From contig CAVTGO010000013.1 in the NCBI GenBank assembly GCA_963734275.1, positions 128,552 to 192,551 of the forward strand: a stretch of DNA of 64,000 nucleotides, read 5' to 3'. Source of the DNA: an uncultured Actinomycetes bacterium (lineage in GTDB: Bacteria > Actinomycetota > UBA4738 > HRBIN12). The notes under the pieces were generated by a model. It saw only the letters and a list, made by a program, of their open reading frames with translations. It did no database searches and was not told the DNA's origin. Below are positions 8,776 to 18,083 of the stretch, piece by piece (within the stretch, counting starts at the first letter, position 1; each line of letters starts with the position of its first letter). A program made the position numbers and the translations under genes.

Positions 8776-9483
8776 GCCCACGTCGTGAGGAACGAGGGGT
8801 CCAACCGCCCGGTCGTCGTCCGGCGCCGGGGCGACGTGGTCGCGCTGGTCGCGTCGATCGGCGTGATCGCGCTCTCGACGGGCGTGCTCGGGCCCGTGCG
8901 CGAGGTCCCCGACGCGGAGCGCTCGGTGTTCCGAGCCCTGAACGGCCTGCCCGACGGGCTGCGGCCGTTCGTGGTCCCGGGGATGCAGCTCGGCGCGGCG
9001 CTCGCGATCGCGATCGTCGCCGTCGTCTGCGTGCTGGTCCGGCGGCGCCGGCTGGCCGCCGTGGTCGCGGCTGCGGGGTACGGCGCCTACCTCATCGCGC
9101 GGCTCTCGAAGCTGCTCGTCGGTCGCGAGCGACCGGGCGAGCTCCTCGACGCGATCCAGCTGCGCGACCAGGTGACCGGCCTGGGCTTCCCATCGGGGCA
9201 CTCCGCCGTCTCGATGGCGATCGTCCTTGCGGTGCTGCCGTACCTCGTGACCCGGTGGCGCTGGGCCCTGCTCGTCGTGCCGGCATTCGTCGGGTTCGCT
9301 CGCGTGTACGTCGGGGCGCACCTGCCGCTCGACGTCGTGAGCGGCTGGGCTATCGGGGTCGCGGCCGCCTTGATCACCCACCTCGCGTTCGGCGTGCCGC
9401 GGCGGATGCGTGGCTCTCGAGGCGCCGAGGATGGGGGAGAGCGGGGACGGGTGGCGGAGCGCGACCGGGAACCGGCCGTCTAG
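8776..9483 (+). CDS. PAP2-family phosphatase (phosphatidic acid phosphatase type 2 / undecaprenyl-diphosphatase-like)
   Basis: Motifs KLLVGRERP, PSGHS and YVGAHLPLDV (PAP2 signature), with multiple TM helices. A GTG start is inferred; the 340-aa ORF N-terminus is not protein-like. Confidence 0.75.
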   Translation, partial: AHVVRNEGSNRPVVVRRRGDVVALVASIGVIALSTGVLGPVREVPDAERSVFRALNGLPDGLRPFVVPGMQLGAALAIAIVAVVCVLVRRRRLAAVVAAAGYGAYLIARLSKLLVGRERPGELLDAIQLRDQVTGLGFPSGHSAVSMAIVLAVLPYLVTRWRWALLVVPAFVGFARVYVGAHLPLDVVSGWAIGVAAALITHLAFGVPRRMRGSRGAEDGGERGRVAERDREPAV

Positions 9484-9806
9484 CGACCCACGGCGCGCTG
9501 CAATTGCTGCTTGTCCATCTTCGAGCGGCCCTCGACGCCCTTGCGCCTGGCCTCCTCGTACAGCTGCGCCTTCGTTCGGCCGCCCGGGCCCGAGTGCGAT
9601 CGCAGGCCGCCGCGGCGCGAGGACGAGATGTCCTTCACCGACGTACGGCTGCGCGTCTTGGACTCACCGGCTCGTGCCCGTTCCTTGTTGACGGTTCGCG
9701 CGGCGATCTCCTCGGCCGTGTCCTCGCTCCGTCCGCTCTTCTTCAGCCCCTGCTTGATGTGCTTGTACTGCCGTTCGCGCTTCGCGCTCCATGCCTTCTG
9801 CGGCAT
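9480..9806 (-). CDS. small basic protein with C-terminal Rho-N-like motif (TKAQLYEEARRKGVEGRSKMDKQQL)
   Basis: 111-aa ORF with GGAAGGA about 11 nt upstream of the ATG (MPQKAW...). Lys/Arg-rich. Confidence 0.6.
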   Translation of the reverse strand: MPQKAWSAKRERQYKHIKQGLKKSGRSEDTAEEIAARTVNKERARAGESKTRSRTSVKDISSSRRGGLRSHSGPGGRTKAQLYEEARRKGVEGRSKMDKQQLQRAVGR

Positions 9807-9837
9807 CTTGATCACGTCCTTCCGGATGAGACGACCC

Positions 9838-10155
9838 CTACACGACCTCGGAACGCTCCTCGCCCGCGCGGGGCAGCGGGTCGTCCTCCGCGGCGGGCGG
9901 GCCGAGGCCGGTCATGCCACCCCAGAACGCCCCGAGGAGCGCTCCGAACACGGCGCCCGCTACGACGGACCCCCACATCCCACGGGCGCCGGCCTCGAAG
10001 AAAATCATGCCGGCGCCGACGCCCAGCGCGGCGCCGATGAGCACGCCGACGATTGATCCGAGCGCGATGCGGGGCCCCACGCCACGGCCGACGCGGTCCG
10101 AGCGGTGCGGATCGGCACCCATCGCCCGGACCGTACCCGCCTCGGCAACGCTCAC
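9838..10155 (-). CDS. glycine-zipper (GxxxG-repeat) small membrane protein
   Basis: The 105-aa ORF contains GSIVGVLIGAALGVGAGMIFF and GAVFGALLGAFWGGMTG segments. Confidence 0.5.
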   Translation of the reverse strand: MSVAEAGTVRAMGADPHRSDRVGRGVGPRIALGSIVGVLIGAALGVGAGMIFFEAGARGMWGSVVAGAVFGALLGAFWGGMTGLGPPAAEDDPLPRAGEERSEVV

Positions 10156-10168
10156 ACCTTGCGGACGC

Positions 10169-10441
10169 TCAGCCTCCCTCGCCGGACTCGTATTCCATCT
10201 GCACGACCAGCCGCTCGATGTCCGGCTCGACGGTCCACTCGAGGATCTCCTCCTGCGAGAACACGTGGCCTCCGGAACCGAGCCGGCGGATCACCTCGGC
10301 ACGACCCTTGTCGGTGAGGAAGCGGAGCACGCGCACGCCATCCTCGTTCACGAACGATGCCTCGTAGTGCCCGGGCAGTGGCCCGGCGCCCTCGTCCAGG
10401 ACGTAGGGGGGTTCCTCGTCGAGACGGTAGGTCGCGATCAC
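10169..10441 (-). CDS. hypothetical protein (90 aa)
   Basis: Protein-like composition. Co-directional with the two downstream small genes. Confidence 0.4.
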   Translation of the reverse strand: MIATYRLDEEPPYVLDEGAGPLPGHYEASFVNEDGVRVLRFLTDKGRAEVIRRLGSGGHVFSQEEILEWTVEPDIERLVVQMEYESGEGG

Positions 10442-10503
10442 GGGGCCACCTTATCCGTTGCCTGTTCGCGACGTAACCCGGGGAACGCGGGTATGACACA
10501 CGG

Positions 10504-11553
10504 ATGAACCCAGTCCTCAACAACGGCGATGTCGGCGAGCTGCTGTGGCGGGCCGGCGCCGAGGAAACCGGCCACCGCAAGCAGGCGCTCCAGCGCGCCT
10601 CCCGGGCGGCCCGGTTCTGGCCCGAGGAGGCCGCCGACGTCGCCGAGGCCGGGCGCTCGCTCACCGAGCTCCAGGGCGTTGGGCCGTGGGTGGCCGCGCG
10701 GATCCACGGCTGGCTCGAGGCGCCGCCGCCGGTTCCCGAGCCCGACGAGACCCGGAGCGGCTACCTGACGCTCGCGCAGGTCCGGCGCGCGCTCGACGCC
10801 GATCCGGCGTGGGAGGCCACGCCGCACGCCGACCTGCAGGTCCACAGCACCGACAGCGACGGCGCGCTGCCGCTCCGCGAGATCGCGATGGCCGCTCGCG
10901 GGCTCGGCCGGACGTTCACGGCCGCCACCGACCACTCGCAGAGCCTGACGATCGCGCGCGGGATGGACGAGGCGCAGCTGGCGGACCAGGGGCGGCGCAT
11001 CGCGGCGCTGAACGCCGAGCTCGAGCTGGGCGGCGATGGATTCCGCGTGCTGCGCTCGATCGAGATGGATCTGCTCGGCGGCGAGGGTGACATGGACCCG
11101 TCGGCGCTCGTCGAGCTGGACCTCGTGCTCGGCGCGTTCCACACGAAGCTCCGTCTGGCCGAGGACCAGACCGAGCGCTACCTGAGCGCGCTTGCGAACC
11201 CGCACGTGCACGTCCTCGCGCACCCCAAGGCGCGGATGTACGGGCGACGCGCGGGGATGATCGCGGACTGGCCGCGCGTGTTCGACGAGGCCGCACGCCT
11301 CGGCAAGGCGGTCGAGCTCGACGCCACTCCGGCCCGCCAGGATCTGAGCGTGGAGCTCGCGCGGCTCGCGGTGGCTTCGGGCGTGCGGTGGTACTCGATC
11401 GGCAGCGACGCGCATGTCGAGCGCGAGCTCGAGTACCTGCCGTTCGGGTTGGCGACCGCGTCGCTCGCCGGCGTCCCGCGCGATCGCGTCCTGAACTACC
11501 GGGCGGCCGACGAGGTCGTCGCGTGGGCGCGGGAGCTGGGAGATGGCCGCTAG
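10504..11553 (+). CDS. PHP-domain phosphoesterase with HhH motif (PolX C-terminal-like, no polymerase domain)
   Basis: HhH LTELQGVGPWVA, PHP motifs HSTDSDG, TDHS and LAHP, with His/Asp metal ligands throughout. Confidence 0.8.
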   Translation: MNPVLNNGDVGELLWRAGAEETGHRKQALQRASRAARFWPEEAADVAEAGRSLTELQGVGPWVAARIHGWLEAPPPVPEPDETRSGYLTLAQVRRALDADPAWEATPHADLQVHSTDSDGALPLREIAMAARGLGRTFTAATDHSQSLTIARGMDEAQLADQGRRIAALNAELELGGDGFRVLRSIEMDLLGGEGDMDPSALVELDLVLGAFHTKLRLAEDQTERYLSALANPHVHVLAHPKARMYGRRAGMIADWPRVFDEAARLGKAVELDATPARQDLSVELARLAVASGVRWYSIGSDAHVERELEYLPFGLATASLAGVPRDRVLNYRAADEVVAWARELGDGR

Positions 11554-12118
11554 CGCGGCCGCAGGCCATTACGCTCTCGGCTCGATGCGGATCGACCACG
11601 ACTTCCAACCGCTCGTCACCGAGCGGCTCGTGCTCCGGCGCTCGCGTCCCGAGGACGCCGAGTCGATCTCGCGGTACCGGAGCGACCCGGAGGTCAACAA
11701 GTGGCAGGGGTGGGAGCGCACAGATCCCGAAGGGATCCGGCACGAGCTAGAGCTGATGGCGGGGCGTCGCCCCGGCGAGCCGGGCTGGGTGCAGCTCTCG
11801 GTGGAGGAGCGCGAGACGGGCAGGCTCGTCGGCGACGTCGGGCTCAGTCCCGCCGAGGGCGAGCCGGGCGTGATCAAGATCGGCTACACGATCGATCCGG
11901 CGTTCCAGGGTGACGGCTACGCGACCGAGGCCGTCGAGGCGCTCGTCGGCTACGCCCTCGACACGCTCGCCGCCGACATCGTCCGGGCGTACGCGAGCGC
12001 CGAGAACGTCCCGTCCCACCGCGTCGCCGAGAAGGCGGGCCTGGAGCTCATGGAGCGATTCGAGCACCGCGAGGGCGACGAGGTCTGGTTCGGCGTGCGG
12101 TACGAGCGCCGCCGCTGA
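11543..12118 (+). CDS. GNAT-family N-acetyltransferase (RimJ/RimL-like)
   Basis: TERLVLRR..., ...VGDVGL..., QGDGYATEA acetyl-CoA binding region. The start could alternatively be the Met at 11585. Confidence 0.8.
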   Translation: MAASAAAGHYALGSMRIDHDFQPLVTERLVLRRSRPEDAESISRYRSDPEVNKWQGWERTDPEGIRHELELMAGRRPGEPGWVQLSVEERETGRLVGDVGLSPAEGEPGVIKIGYTIDPAFQGDGYATEAVEALVGYALDTLAADIVRAYASAENVPSHRVAEKAGLELMERFEHREGDEVWFGVRYERRR

Positions 12119-12142
12119 GCAGCTGGTGAGCCCCGTCCGCGC

Positions 12143-13510
12143 TCAGCGCATCTCGAGGACATCGGCGCCCGCAGGCTCACCGACCCGGCCCAGCAGGAAT
12201 CGCGCGGACGTCGGACCCTTGCCCTTCAGCTGCAGCGTGGTGGACTCGCTCAGCTCGTAGCGGCCTCCGAGGAGCGCTGCGGTGAACTCCGATACGAGGA
12301 TCCGGCCCGGCGTGCCGTGCGCCTCCAGCCGGCTCGCGAGGTTGACCGTGTCACCCCACAGGTCGTACGCGAACTTGCGCCGCCCGATCACCCCCGCGAC
12401 GACGGGACCCGACGCGATCCCGATCCGCACCCGCATCGGGTCGCCGGTCGGCCAGGTCAGCGTCGCGAGCTCCTCCTGGATCCCGAGCGCCGTCTCCGCC
12501 GCCGCCTGCGCGTGGGCCGGGAGAGGCTCGGGTGCGCCGGCGACCGCCATGTACGCGTCCCCGACCGTCTTGATCTTCTCCATGCCGAATCGGTCGGCCA
12601 GTGCGTCGAAGCGGCGGAACACATCGTCGAGCACGTCGACGAGCTCCGCGGGCGGGATCGCCTCGGCCTGTCGCGTGAAGCTCTCGAGGTCGGCGAACAT
12701 CACGCTCACCTCGGGCGGCGCGTCGGCCAGCGACGTGGTCCGCGGGTTCGCGTGCTGCTCCTTCAGGCGACTGACGATCGCGCGTGGCAAGGTGTTGCCG
12801 AGGAGGTCGTCGGCGCGCCGGTGCTCGCGGTCGAGCTCCTGCTCGCGGATGAACAGGAGGCGCGCGAAGCGGTCCAGCCCGTACGCCCCCGCCATCCCCG
12901 TGGTCGCGAGCGCGGCGAGGAAGAAGTTCGCGAAGATCAGGTCGCGCGCCCGGTCGTCCGTGGAGACGATCGCGATGATGTCGTAGAACAGGATCAGCAG
13001 GCCACCCGCGATCGCGGAGTACAGGAACTGGATGCGGCTCAGGACGTAGTTGAACGACAGGATCACGATCAGCCCGGCGAAGGCCCAGTCGGCGTCGGCG
13101 CCCGGCACGAACGCGCGGTGCAGCACCCACGTCATCCCGTTCAACAGGAGGACGACGAACAGCACCGGCTGCCAGTGGCGGGGGTACCAGCTCGCGTACG
13201 TGAGCGCGAGGCTCACGAGGACGATCGGGATCGCCACGCCGAACCGCAGGACCAGATCCGCCGTCCCGCCGCCGTCCACAAGCAGGTAGCGGGCGAGCAG
13301 CGCGAAGGCAGCCCACACCCCGATGCCAAGGAGGTGAGCGAGCCGCAGGTAGGTCAGGTTGTCGCGGAAGTAGGCGGCTTGGAACGTCCGCTCGGTCTCC
13401 GGGTCGCGGAAGCGGAGCGAGAATGGGCGGAGCTCCGGCGCCTCGTCGAGGAAGCGGCGGACCGGGCTCGGGAACAGCTTCAGGCGGTCACGGGGAGCGT
13501 CGGAGGCCAT
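12143..13510 (-). CDS. membrane-anchored class III adenylate/guanylate cyclase
   Basis: Six TM helices then a cyclase domain (VSVMFADLESFT, KTVGDAYMAV, GDTVNLASRLE). Confidence 0.85.
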   Translation of the reverse strand: MASDAPRDRLKLFPSPVRRFLDEAPELRPFSLRFRDPETERTFQAAYFRDNLTYLRLAHLLGIGVWAAFALLARYLLVDGGGTADLVLRFGVAIPIVLVSLALTYASWYPRHWQPVLFVVLLLNGMTWVLHRAFVPGADADWAFAGLIVILSFNYVLSRIQFLYSAIAGGLLILFYDIIAIVSTDDRARDLIFANFFLAALATTGMAGAYGLDRFARLLFIREQELDREHRRADDLLGNTLPRAIVSRLKEQHANPRTTSLADAPPEVSVMFADLESFTRQAEAIPPAELVDVLDDVFRRFDALADRFGMEKIKTVGDAYMAVAGAPEPLPAHAQAAAETALGIQEELATLTWPTGDPMRVRIGIASGPVVAGVIGRRKFAYDLWGDTVNLASRLEAHGTPGRILVSEFTAALLGGRYELSESTTLQLKGKGPTSARFLLGRVGEPAGADVLEMR

Positions 13511-13591
13511 CGGCGAGATGGTCCCACAGGCCGCACTGTAGGCTCCACGTTCCGCCCTCGCGCGTACAGAGCCTTCGGAAAGGCGAAGCGT

Positions 13592-14308
13592 TTACAGGGC
13601 CGGTTCGCCGAGCGTGACGCCGTCTGCCGAGCAACCGGAGCCGCCGGAGATGACCCAGTGTCTGTCACGGAACTCCAGGCCGACGTTTGCGATCGTCCGA
13701 TCTTCTCGCACCACCCGTACGGAGCCCGGGCGCTGCGGATATCCCGCCGCCTCGACGGTGTCCCCGGGCTGGAGCCCTATGAGCGCCTCCTCCGCGACGT
13801 CGGTGGGGGCGCCCGAGCCCGGAGGTTCGCCCGGCGTGGGACCCGTCACGTCGGCGGGGGCCACGAAGTCATAGATCAGGCTCCACGCCTCGTCGTCGGG
13901 CGCGCATCCGAGTTCTGGACTGACGTACATGCTCCCTGGGTCCAGGATGGGGAGTTCCTGGGTCGGCGGCTCGTCGCCGGTGCCGTGGTCGGTGAACGGC
14001 CAGCAGGCGACGCCGAGTGTCCCCGGCTCGATGCCGAGAACCCACTCGGATGGCCCCGAATCGACGTCCATACCGAGGCCGTCTAGGCTCGCCGGCTCGT
14101 CGAGGTGGCTCAGGACCTCGAGGTGCACGCCGTCTGCTTGAGCCACGACCTGCGGCGTGACGAGGGTCGTCGTCCCGTCGGCCTCGCATACGATCCTCGC
14201 GACGTCGGTGCCGGCCACCGGCTCCTCTGCCGACGTTCCCGGTGGCGGAGCATCGGCGCATGCTACGGCGAGCACGATCGCGACCACCGAGAAGCGGAGA
14301 CGCATCGG
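13592..14308 (-). CDS. secreted lipoprotein, hypothetical
   Basis: Internal Met gives the signal peptide MRLRFSVVAIVLAVAC with lipobox LAVAC. The upstream part of the 276-aa ORF is R-rich. Confidence 0.55.
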   Translation of the reverse strand, partial: PMRLRFSVVAIVLAVACADAPPPGTSAEEPVAGTDVARIVCEADGTTTLVTPQVVAQADGVHLEVLSHLDEPASLDGLGMDVDSGPSEWVLGIEPGTLGVACWPFTDHGTGDEPPTQELPILDPGSMYVSPELGCAPDDEAWSLIYDFVAPADVTGPTPGEPPGSGAPTDVAEEALIGLQPGDTVEAAGYPQRPGSVRVVREDRTIANVGLEFRDRHWVISGGSGCSADGVTLGEPAL

Positions 14309-14910
14309 CGCTTCTCCCTCAGTGACGATGTCGTGGTCGCCAACGACGAGCGAGGACGAGCGCCAACGTCGAGAGACCCATGGTTCCGAGGGCCGCGAGC
14401 CAGAGGGCCAGGCCCGTGCCACGCACGATGGATGGCCCCGAGCTCGCGAGTGACGCCCCGATCAGGAATGCGAACCAAGAGATCGCCACGAGGCGTTGAA
14501 CCCTGCGCGCAGATCCCAGCGACCGGACCGTAGGGCTCGTCGAAGCTGTCACCCGGTCAGTGCTCACCATCGAAGCATCCCATGAGCGCCGCCGTTGCGA
14601 ACTCCCGATGACGCCAGCCAGGATCGCGAACGCTCCGACGAGCTGCCATTCCAGCCAGCGGATGTCCGTGATGAAGTCCACGAGCGCCAGACTGCCGCCC
14701 GCTCCCGGTCCGACGGCGGCGACCCCGCCCAACACACCAGGACGCGACACCGTGTTGGCCGGTTCATGCGTCGCGACGCCAGCGCCCGGGTCCGACGCAC
14801 GAGCCCACGGTGACCGTTGGTCACGGTGGGCGGATTCCTTCCTGCGCACGTCGGCCGTACCATCGGGCGGCATCCACCGGGCGAGCCTGACCCCGGTTAC
14901 GAGGAGCGAC

Positions 14911-15570
14911 ATGAGAGAAGACCTCGAGATCCTGAAGCAAGGCCTGATCGGCGCGGAGCGCGACGCGGCCGTCGGCGCCGTTCAACGCCTCGTGGACTCG
15001 GGGATGGACCCGAAGGCGATCATGGAGGACGGCATGGCCGTCGCCATGTTCGACCTCGGCGAGATGTGGAAGCGCGGCGAGGTGTTCCTGCCCGAGGTCG
15101 TGGCCTCGGCCGCGATCTTCAAGATGTGCAACGCGATCGTGGAGCCGGCGCTCCTCGCGCAGCGACAGCCGGGGGACGAGCGGGCCGCGCTGGTGCTCCT
15201 CGCGACGGTGAAGGGCGACCTGCACGACCTCGGCAAGAACATGGTTGGTGCGATGCTGCGTACGTCCGGGTTCGAGGTGACCGATCTCGGCAAGGACGTG
15301 TCCGCGGACACGCTGATCGAGAAGATCACCGAGCTGAGCCCGCAGATCGTCGGGCTCTCGGCGCTCCTCACCACGACGGTCCCGTACCAGGAGACGGTCA
15401 TCCGCAAGCTCGAGGCGGCCGGCCTGCGCGACTCGGTCAAGGTGATGGTCGGAGGCGCGCCCGTCACGCCGGAGTGGGCCGACAAGATCGGCGCAGACGG
15501 CTACGCGAACAACGCGCCCGAGGCCGTCGAGGTCGCCCGCAAGCTCGTCGGGCTGGCCCAAACAGCGTGA
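14911..15570 (+). CDS. cobalamin-binding corrinoid protein (MtgC/MttC-like)
   Basis: B12-binding motifs DLHDLGKN (DxHxxG), SALLTTT and MVGGA. GAGGAG RBS. 219 aa. Confidence 0.85.
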   Translation: MREDLEILKQGLIGAERDAAVGAVQRLVDSGMDPKAIMEDGMAVAMFDLGEMWKRGEVFLPEVVASAAIFKMCNAIVEPALLAQRQPGDERAALVLLATVKGDLHDLGKNMVGAMLRTSGFEVTDLGKDVSADTLIEKITELSPQIVGLSALLTTTVPYQETVIRKLEAAGLRDSVKVMVGGAPVTPEWADKIGADGYANNAPEAVEVARKLVGLAQTA

Positions 15571-16430
15571 CCGTGGTCGCGACCACCGTCCTGCGCGGCC
15601 GGGAGGCCGAGGTCAGGATCGGCGACGAGCATCCGTTCGCGATCGTCGGCGAGCGGATCAACCCCACCGGCCGTGCGCGGCTGACCGAGGAGCTCGTCGC
15701 CGGCGACATGACGACGGTGCGGGCCGACGCGCTCGCGCAGGTGGAGGCCGGCGCGCGGATCGTCGACGTGAACGCGGGGATCCCGGGGTTCGACGAGGCC
15801 GAGATGCTCGCGAACGTCGTGCGCGCGGTGACCGAGGTCGTGGGCGTCCCGCTCTGCATCGACTCCTCCACGCCCGCGGTTCTCGAGGCCGTCCTGCCGA
15901 TCGTCCCGGGCAAGCCGCTCGTGAACTCGGTGACCGCCGAGCAGCACTCGCTCGAGCGCCTGCTCCCGCTGATCGCGCGGCACGGCGCGGCGATGATCGG
16001 GATGGCGAACGACGAGGAGGGCATCTCGATCGACCCGCAGGTGCGGCTGAAGGCCGCCCGCAAGGTCGTCGAGGCCGCCGAAGCGCACGGGATCGCGCGC
16101 GAGGACGTGGTGATCGACCCGCTCGCGATGCCGATCGGCGCCGAGCCCCGCGCGGCGACCGCGATGGTCGAGACGATCCGGCTGATCCGCGAGGAGCTCG
16201 GCGTAAACGTCTCCTGCGGCGCCTCGAACATCTCATTCGGCATGCCCGACCGTCCGGCGATCGACGCGTCGTTCCTGACGTTCGCGATCCAGGCCGGCAT
16301 GAACCTCGCCATCACGAACCCGCTGCACGAGCGGGTCCGCAAGGCGGTCCTCGCAGCGGACCTGATGCTCGGTCGCGACGCGCACGGCGCGGCGTGGATC
16401 GCCGCGCACCGCGCCGAGCTCAGACGGTAG
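15567..16430 (+). CDS. methylcorrinoid:tetrahydrofolate methyltransferase (pterin-binding domain, MtgA/MtrH-like)
   Basis: GTGA start/stop overlap with the corrinoid gene. Pterin-binding fold signatures (IVDVNAG, GMANDEEG, NISFGMP). Confidence 0.8.
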   Translation: MTVVATTVLRGREAEVRIGDEHPFAIVGERINPTGRARLTEELVAGDMTTVRADALAQVEAGARIVDVNAGIPGFDEAEMLANVVRAVTEVVGVPLCIDSSTPAVLEAVLPIVPGKPLVNSVTAEQHSLERLLPLIARHGAAMIGMANDEEGISIDPQVRLKAARKVVEAAEAHGIAREDVVIDPLAMPIGAEPRAATAMVETIRLIREELGVNVSCGASNISFGMPDRPAIDASFLTFAIQAGMNLAITNPLHERVRKAVLAADLMLGRDAHGAAWIAAHRAELRR

Positions 16431-16923
16431 AGCTGACCCCGATCCCTCCGCGGGTCTGCGCGCCGTACCGCTCCTTCTCCTTCTGGATGTCGAGCGGGCG
16501 CATGGCCATCTCGTCGGCGTCGGTGAGCCGGTCGGCCGGCACCAGCCAGCAGATCTCGAATTCGAGCCCGTCGGGGTCCTTGCCGTAGACGGCCTTCGTC
16601 GTCCCGTGGTCCGTCGCGCCCGTCATCGCGTTCCGGGACGCGAGCGCTGCCGCGATCCGCTCGAGCTCGTCCAGCGTGTCGACCTCCCAGGCGAGGTGGT
16701 ACAGCCCGACGGCCCCTCGGCCGGCCGGGGAGTCGGCGGCCCCCGACCCGATGGCGAACACGCCGAGGTCATGGTCGTTCGTGCTCGCCTCGGCCTGCAG
16801 GAACGCGGCCCGGCCCGGGATCTCGGTCTTCACGCGGAAGGCGAGCACGTCCCGGTAGAAGCCCACGGTCCGCTCGAGGTCCCGGACGTACAGCACGGCG
16901 TGGTTCAGCTGGGTGATGGGCAT
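16420..16923 (-). CDS. VOC-family protein (glyoxalase/bleomycin-resistance/extradiol dioxygenase fold)
   Basis: MPITQLNHAVLYVRDLERTVGFY... HLAWEV... The start was set at an internal Met; the ORF N-terminus is R/G-rich. Confidence 0.8.
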   Translation of the reverse strand: MPITQLNHAVLYVRDLERTVGFYRDVLAFRVKTEIPGRAAFLQAEASTNDHDLGVFAIGSGAADSPAGRGAVGLYHLAWEVDTLDELERIAAALASRNAMTGATDHGTTKAVYGKDPDGLEFEICWLVPADRLTDADEMAMRPLDIQKEKERYGAQTRGGIGVSSTV

Positions 16924-16982
16924 GACGGGTTCTCCTCTCGTTCGCTCGTGGAACGCGGGAGCCGCTCGGAATCTTCCGCCGG

Positions 16983-17870
16983 TCAGTACTCGGCGCGCAA
17001 GGCGAGCAGGACCGCGACCGTCGCCGCCACGGCGAGCAGGCCCGCCACGGCCACGAACCACGCGCCGAAGCCCGTGATGGCCAGCTCGATCGACAGCTCG
17101 TCGCTGAGCTGCTCGTAGACGTCCACCAGGCCACCGGCGGTCGTCGCGGTGAAGGCGGTGCCGCCGGTCGTCTCCGAGATCCGCGCCATCAGCTCGACGT
17201 TCGCGCCCGCAAGCGTGCCCGGCTCGAGGTCCTGTCCGAGCACGACCGTGTAGACGGGGACCTCCAGGTCGGCCGCGTGTGCCGCGGCGTCGTCGGGATG
17301 GACCAGGCTCCCCGTGTCCCGGCCGTCGGAGAGCACGATGATCGCCGCGGGCGACTCGCCCTGCTGGTCCCAGAGGGTCTCGATCGCGGCGACCGACGCC
17401 TCGATCCCGTCGCCGATCACGGTGCCCTCTCCCCGAGGCAGGTCGATCAGCCCGTCGATGACCTCCTGGTGCTCGGTCGTCGGGGGCACGAGCAGCTCGG
17501 CTTCGGCCGCGAAGGTCACCAGGCCGACCCGCAGGTCGCCCGGGAGGTCCTCGAGGAATGCGCGCGCCGCCTCCTTCGCGGCCTGGAGCCGCGTCGGCGC
17601 GACGTCGTCGCGGCTCATCGACTCGGAGATGTCGAGCACGAGCACGACCGTGCCCGGCGAGCCCTGAAGGAACCGGAACTGCGTGAAGGCGATCAGCAGC
17701 AGGATGCCGGCCCCGGCCATCAGGACGGCGGCGACACGCTTGGCCCGCCGTGCCCGGTCGATCTTGTTGCTCTTACGCCCCGGAGGCCCCTTCTGTGGCG
17801 GCCTGCCGAAGATCACCGCGACGGCCAGGATCGCCACGACCGAGATCACGAGGAGCACGAGCGCGGGCAC
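16983..17870 (-). CDS. von Willebrand factor A (VWA) domain membrane protein (BatA-like)
   Basis: N- and C-terminal TM helices. VWA MIDAS motif DISESMS. Confidence 0.8.
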   Translation of the reverse strand: MPALVLLVISVVAILAVAVIFGRPPQKGPPGRKSNKIDRARRAKRVAAVLMAGAGILLLIAFTQFRFLQGSPGTVVLVLDISESMSRDDVAPTRLQAAKEAARAFLEDLPGDLRVGLVTFAAEAELLVPPTTEHQEVIDGLIDLPRGEGTVIGDGIEASVAAIETLWDQQGESPAAIIVLSDGRDTGSLVHPDDAAAHAADLEVPVYTVVLGQDLEPGTLAGANVELMARISETTGGTAFTATTAGGLVDVYEQLSDELSIELAITGFGAWFVAVAGLLAVAATVAVLLALRAEY

Positions 17871-17972
17871 GTCCCAACGCTAGCAAGGGTTCCGTGAGGA
17901 CGGGGGGAGCCGGCCGGGACGCGAGACGCGGCAGCTCTGGCCGGGACCACGCGGGAGCCGACGCCCCGCGCT

Positions 17973-17987
17973 GTGACCTCAGGTCAC
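17973..17987. promoter_or_regulatory. perfect inverted repeat GTGACCT-c-AGGTCAC (candidate operator) in the divergent intergenic region upstream of the RACo/MttB operon
   Basis: 7-bp arms, 1-nt spacer. Lies about 100 nt upstream of the GTG start at 18084. Confidence 0.3.
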
Positions 17988-18083
17988 GAACCGCCGTTCC
18001 ACCATCGTTCCTGATAGTGGGACGATCGCCTCGTGAGAGGCGGCCGGACATGACCCTGGGTAAGATGCGGAGGCCGCGCTAAG

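Noticed and set aside
14319-14912. 197-aa minus-strand ORF upstream of the corrinoid protein gene
   Set aside because: The N-terminal two thirds are non-protein-like and occupy the expected promoter region of the corrinoid operon. Only the last roughly 85 aa (two hydrophobic helices) could be a real small membrane protein. Not called.
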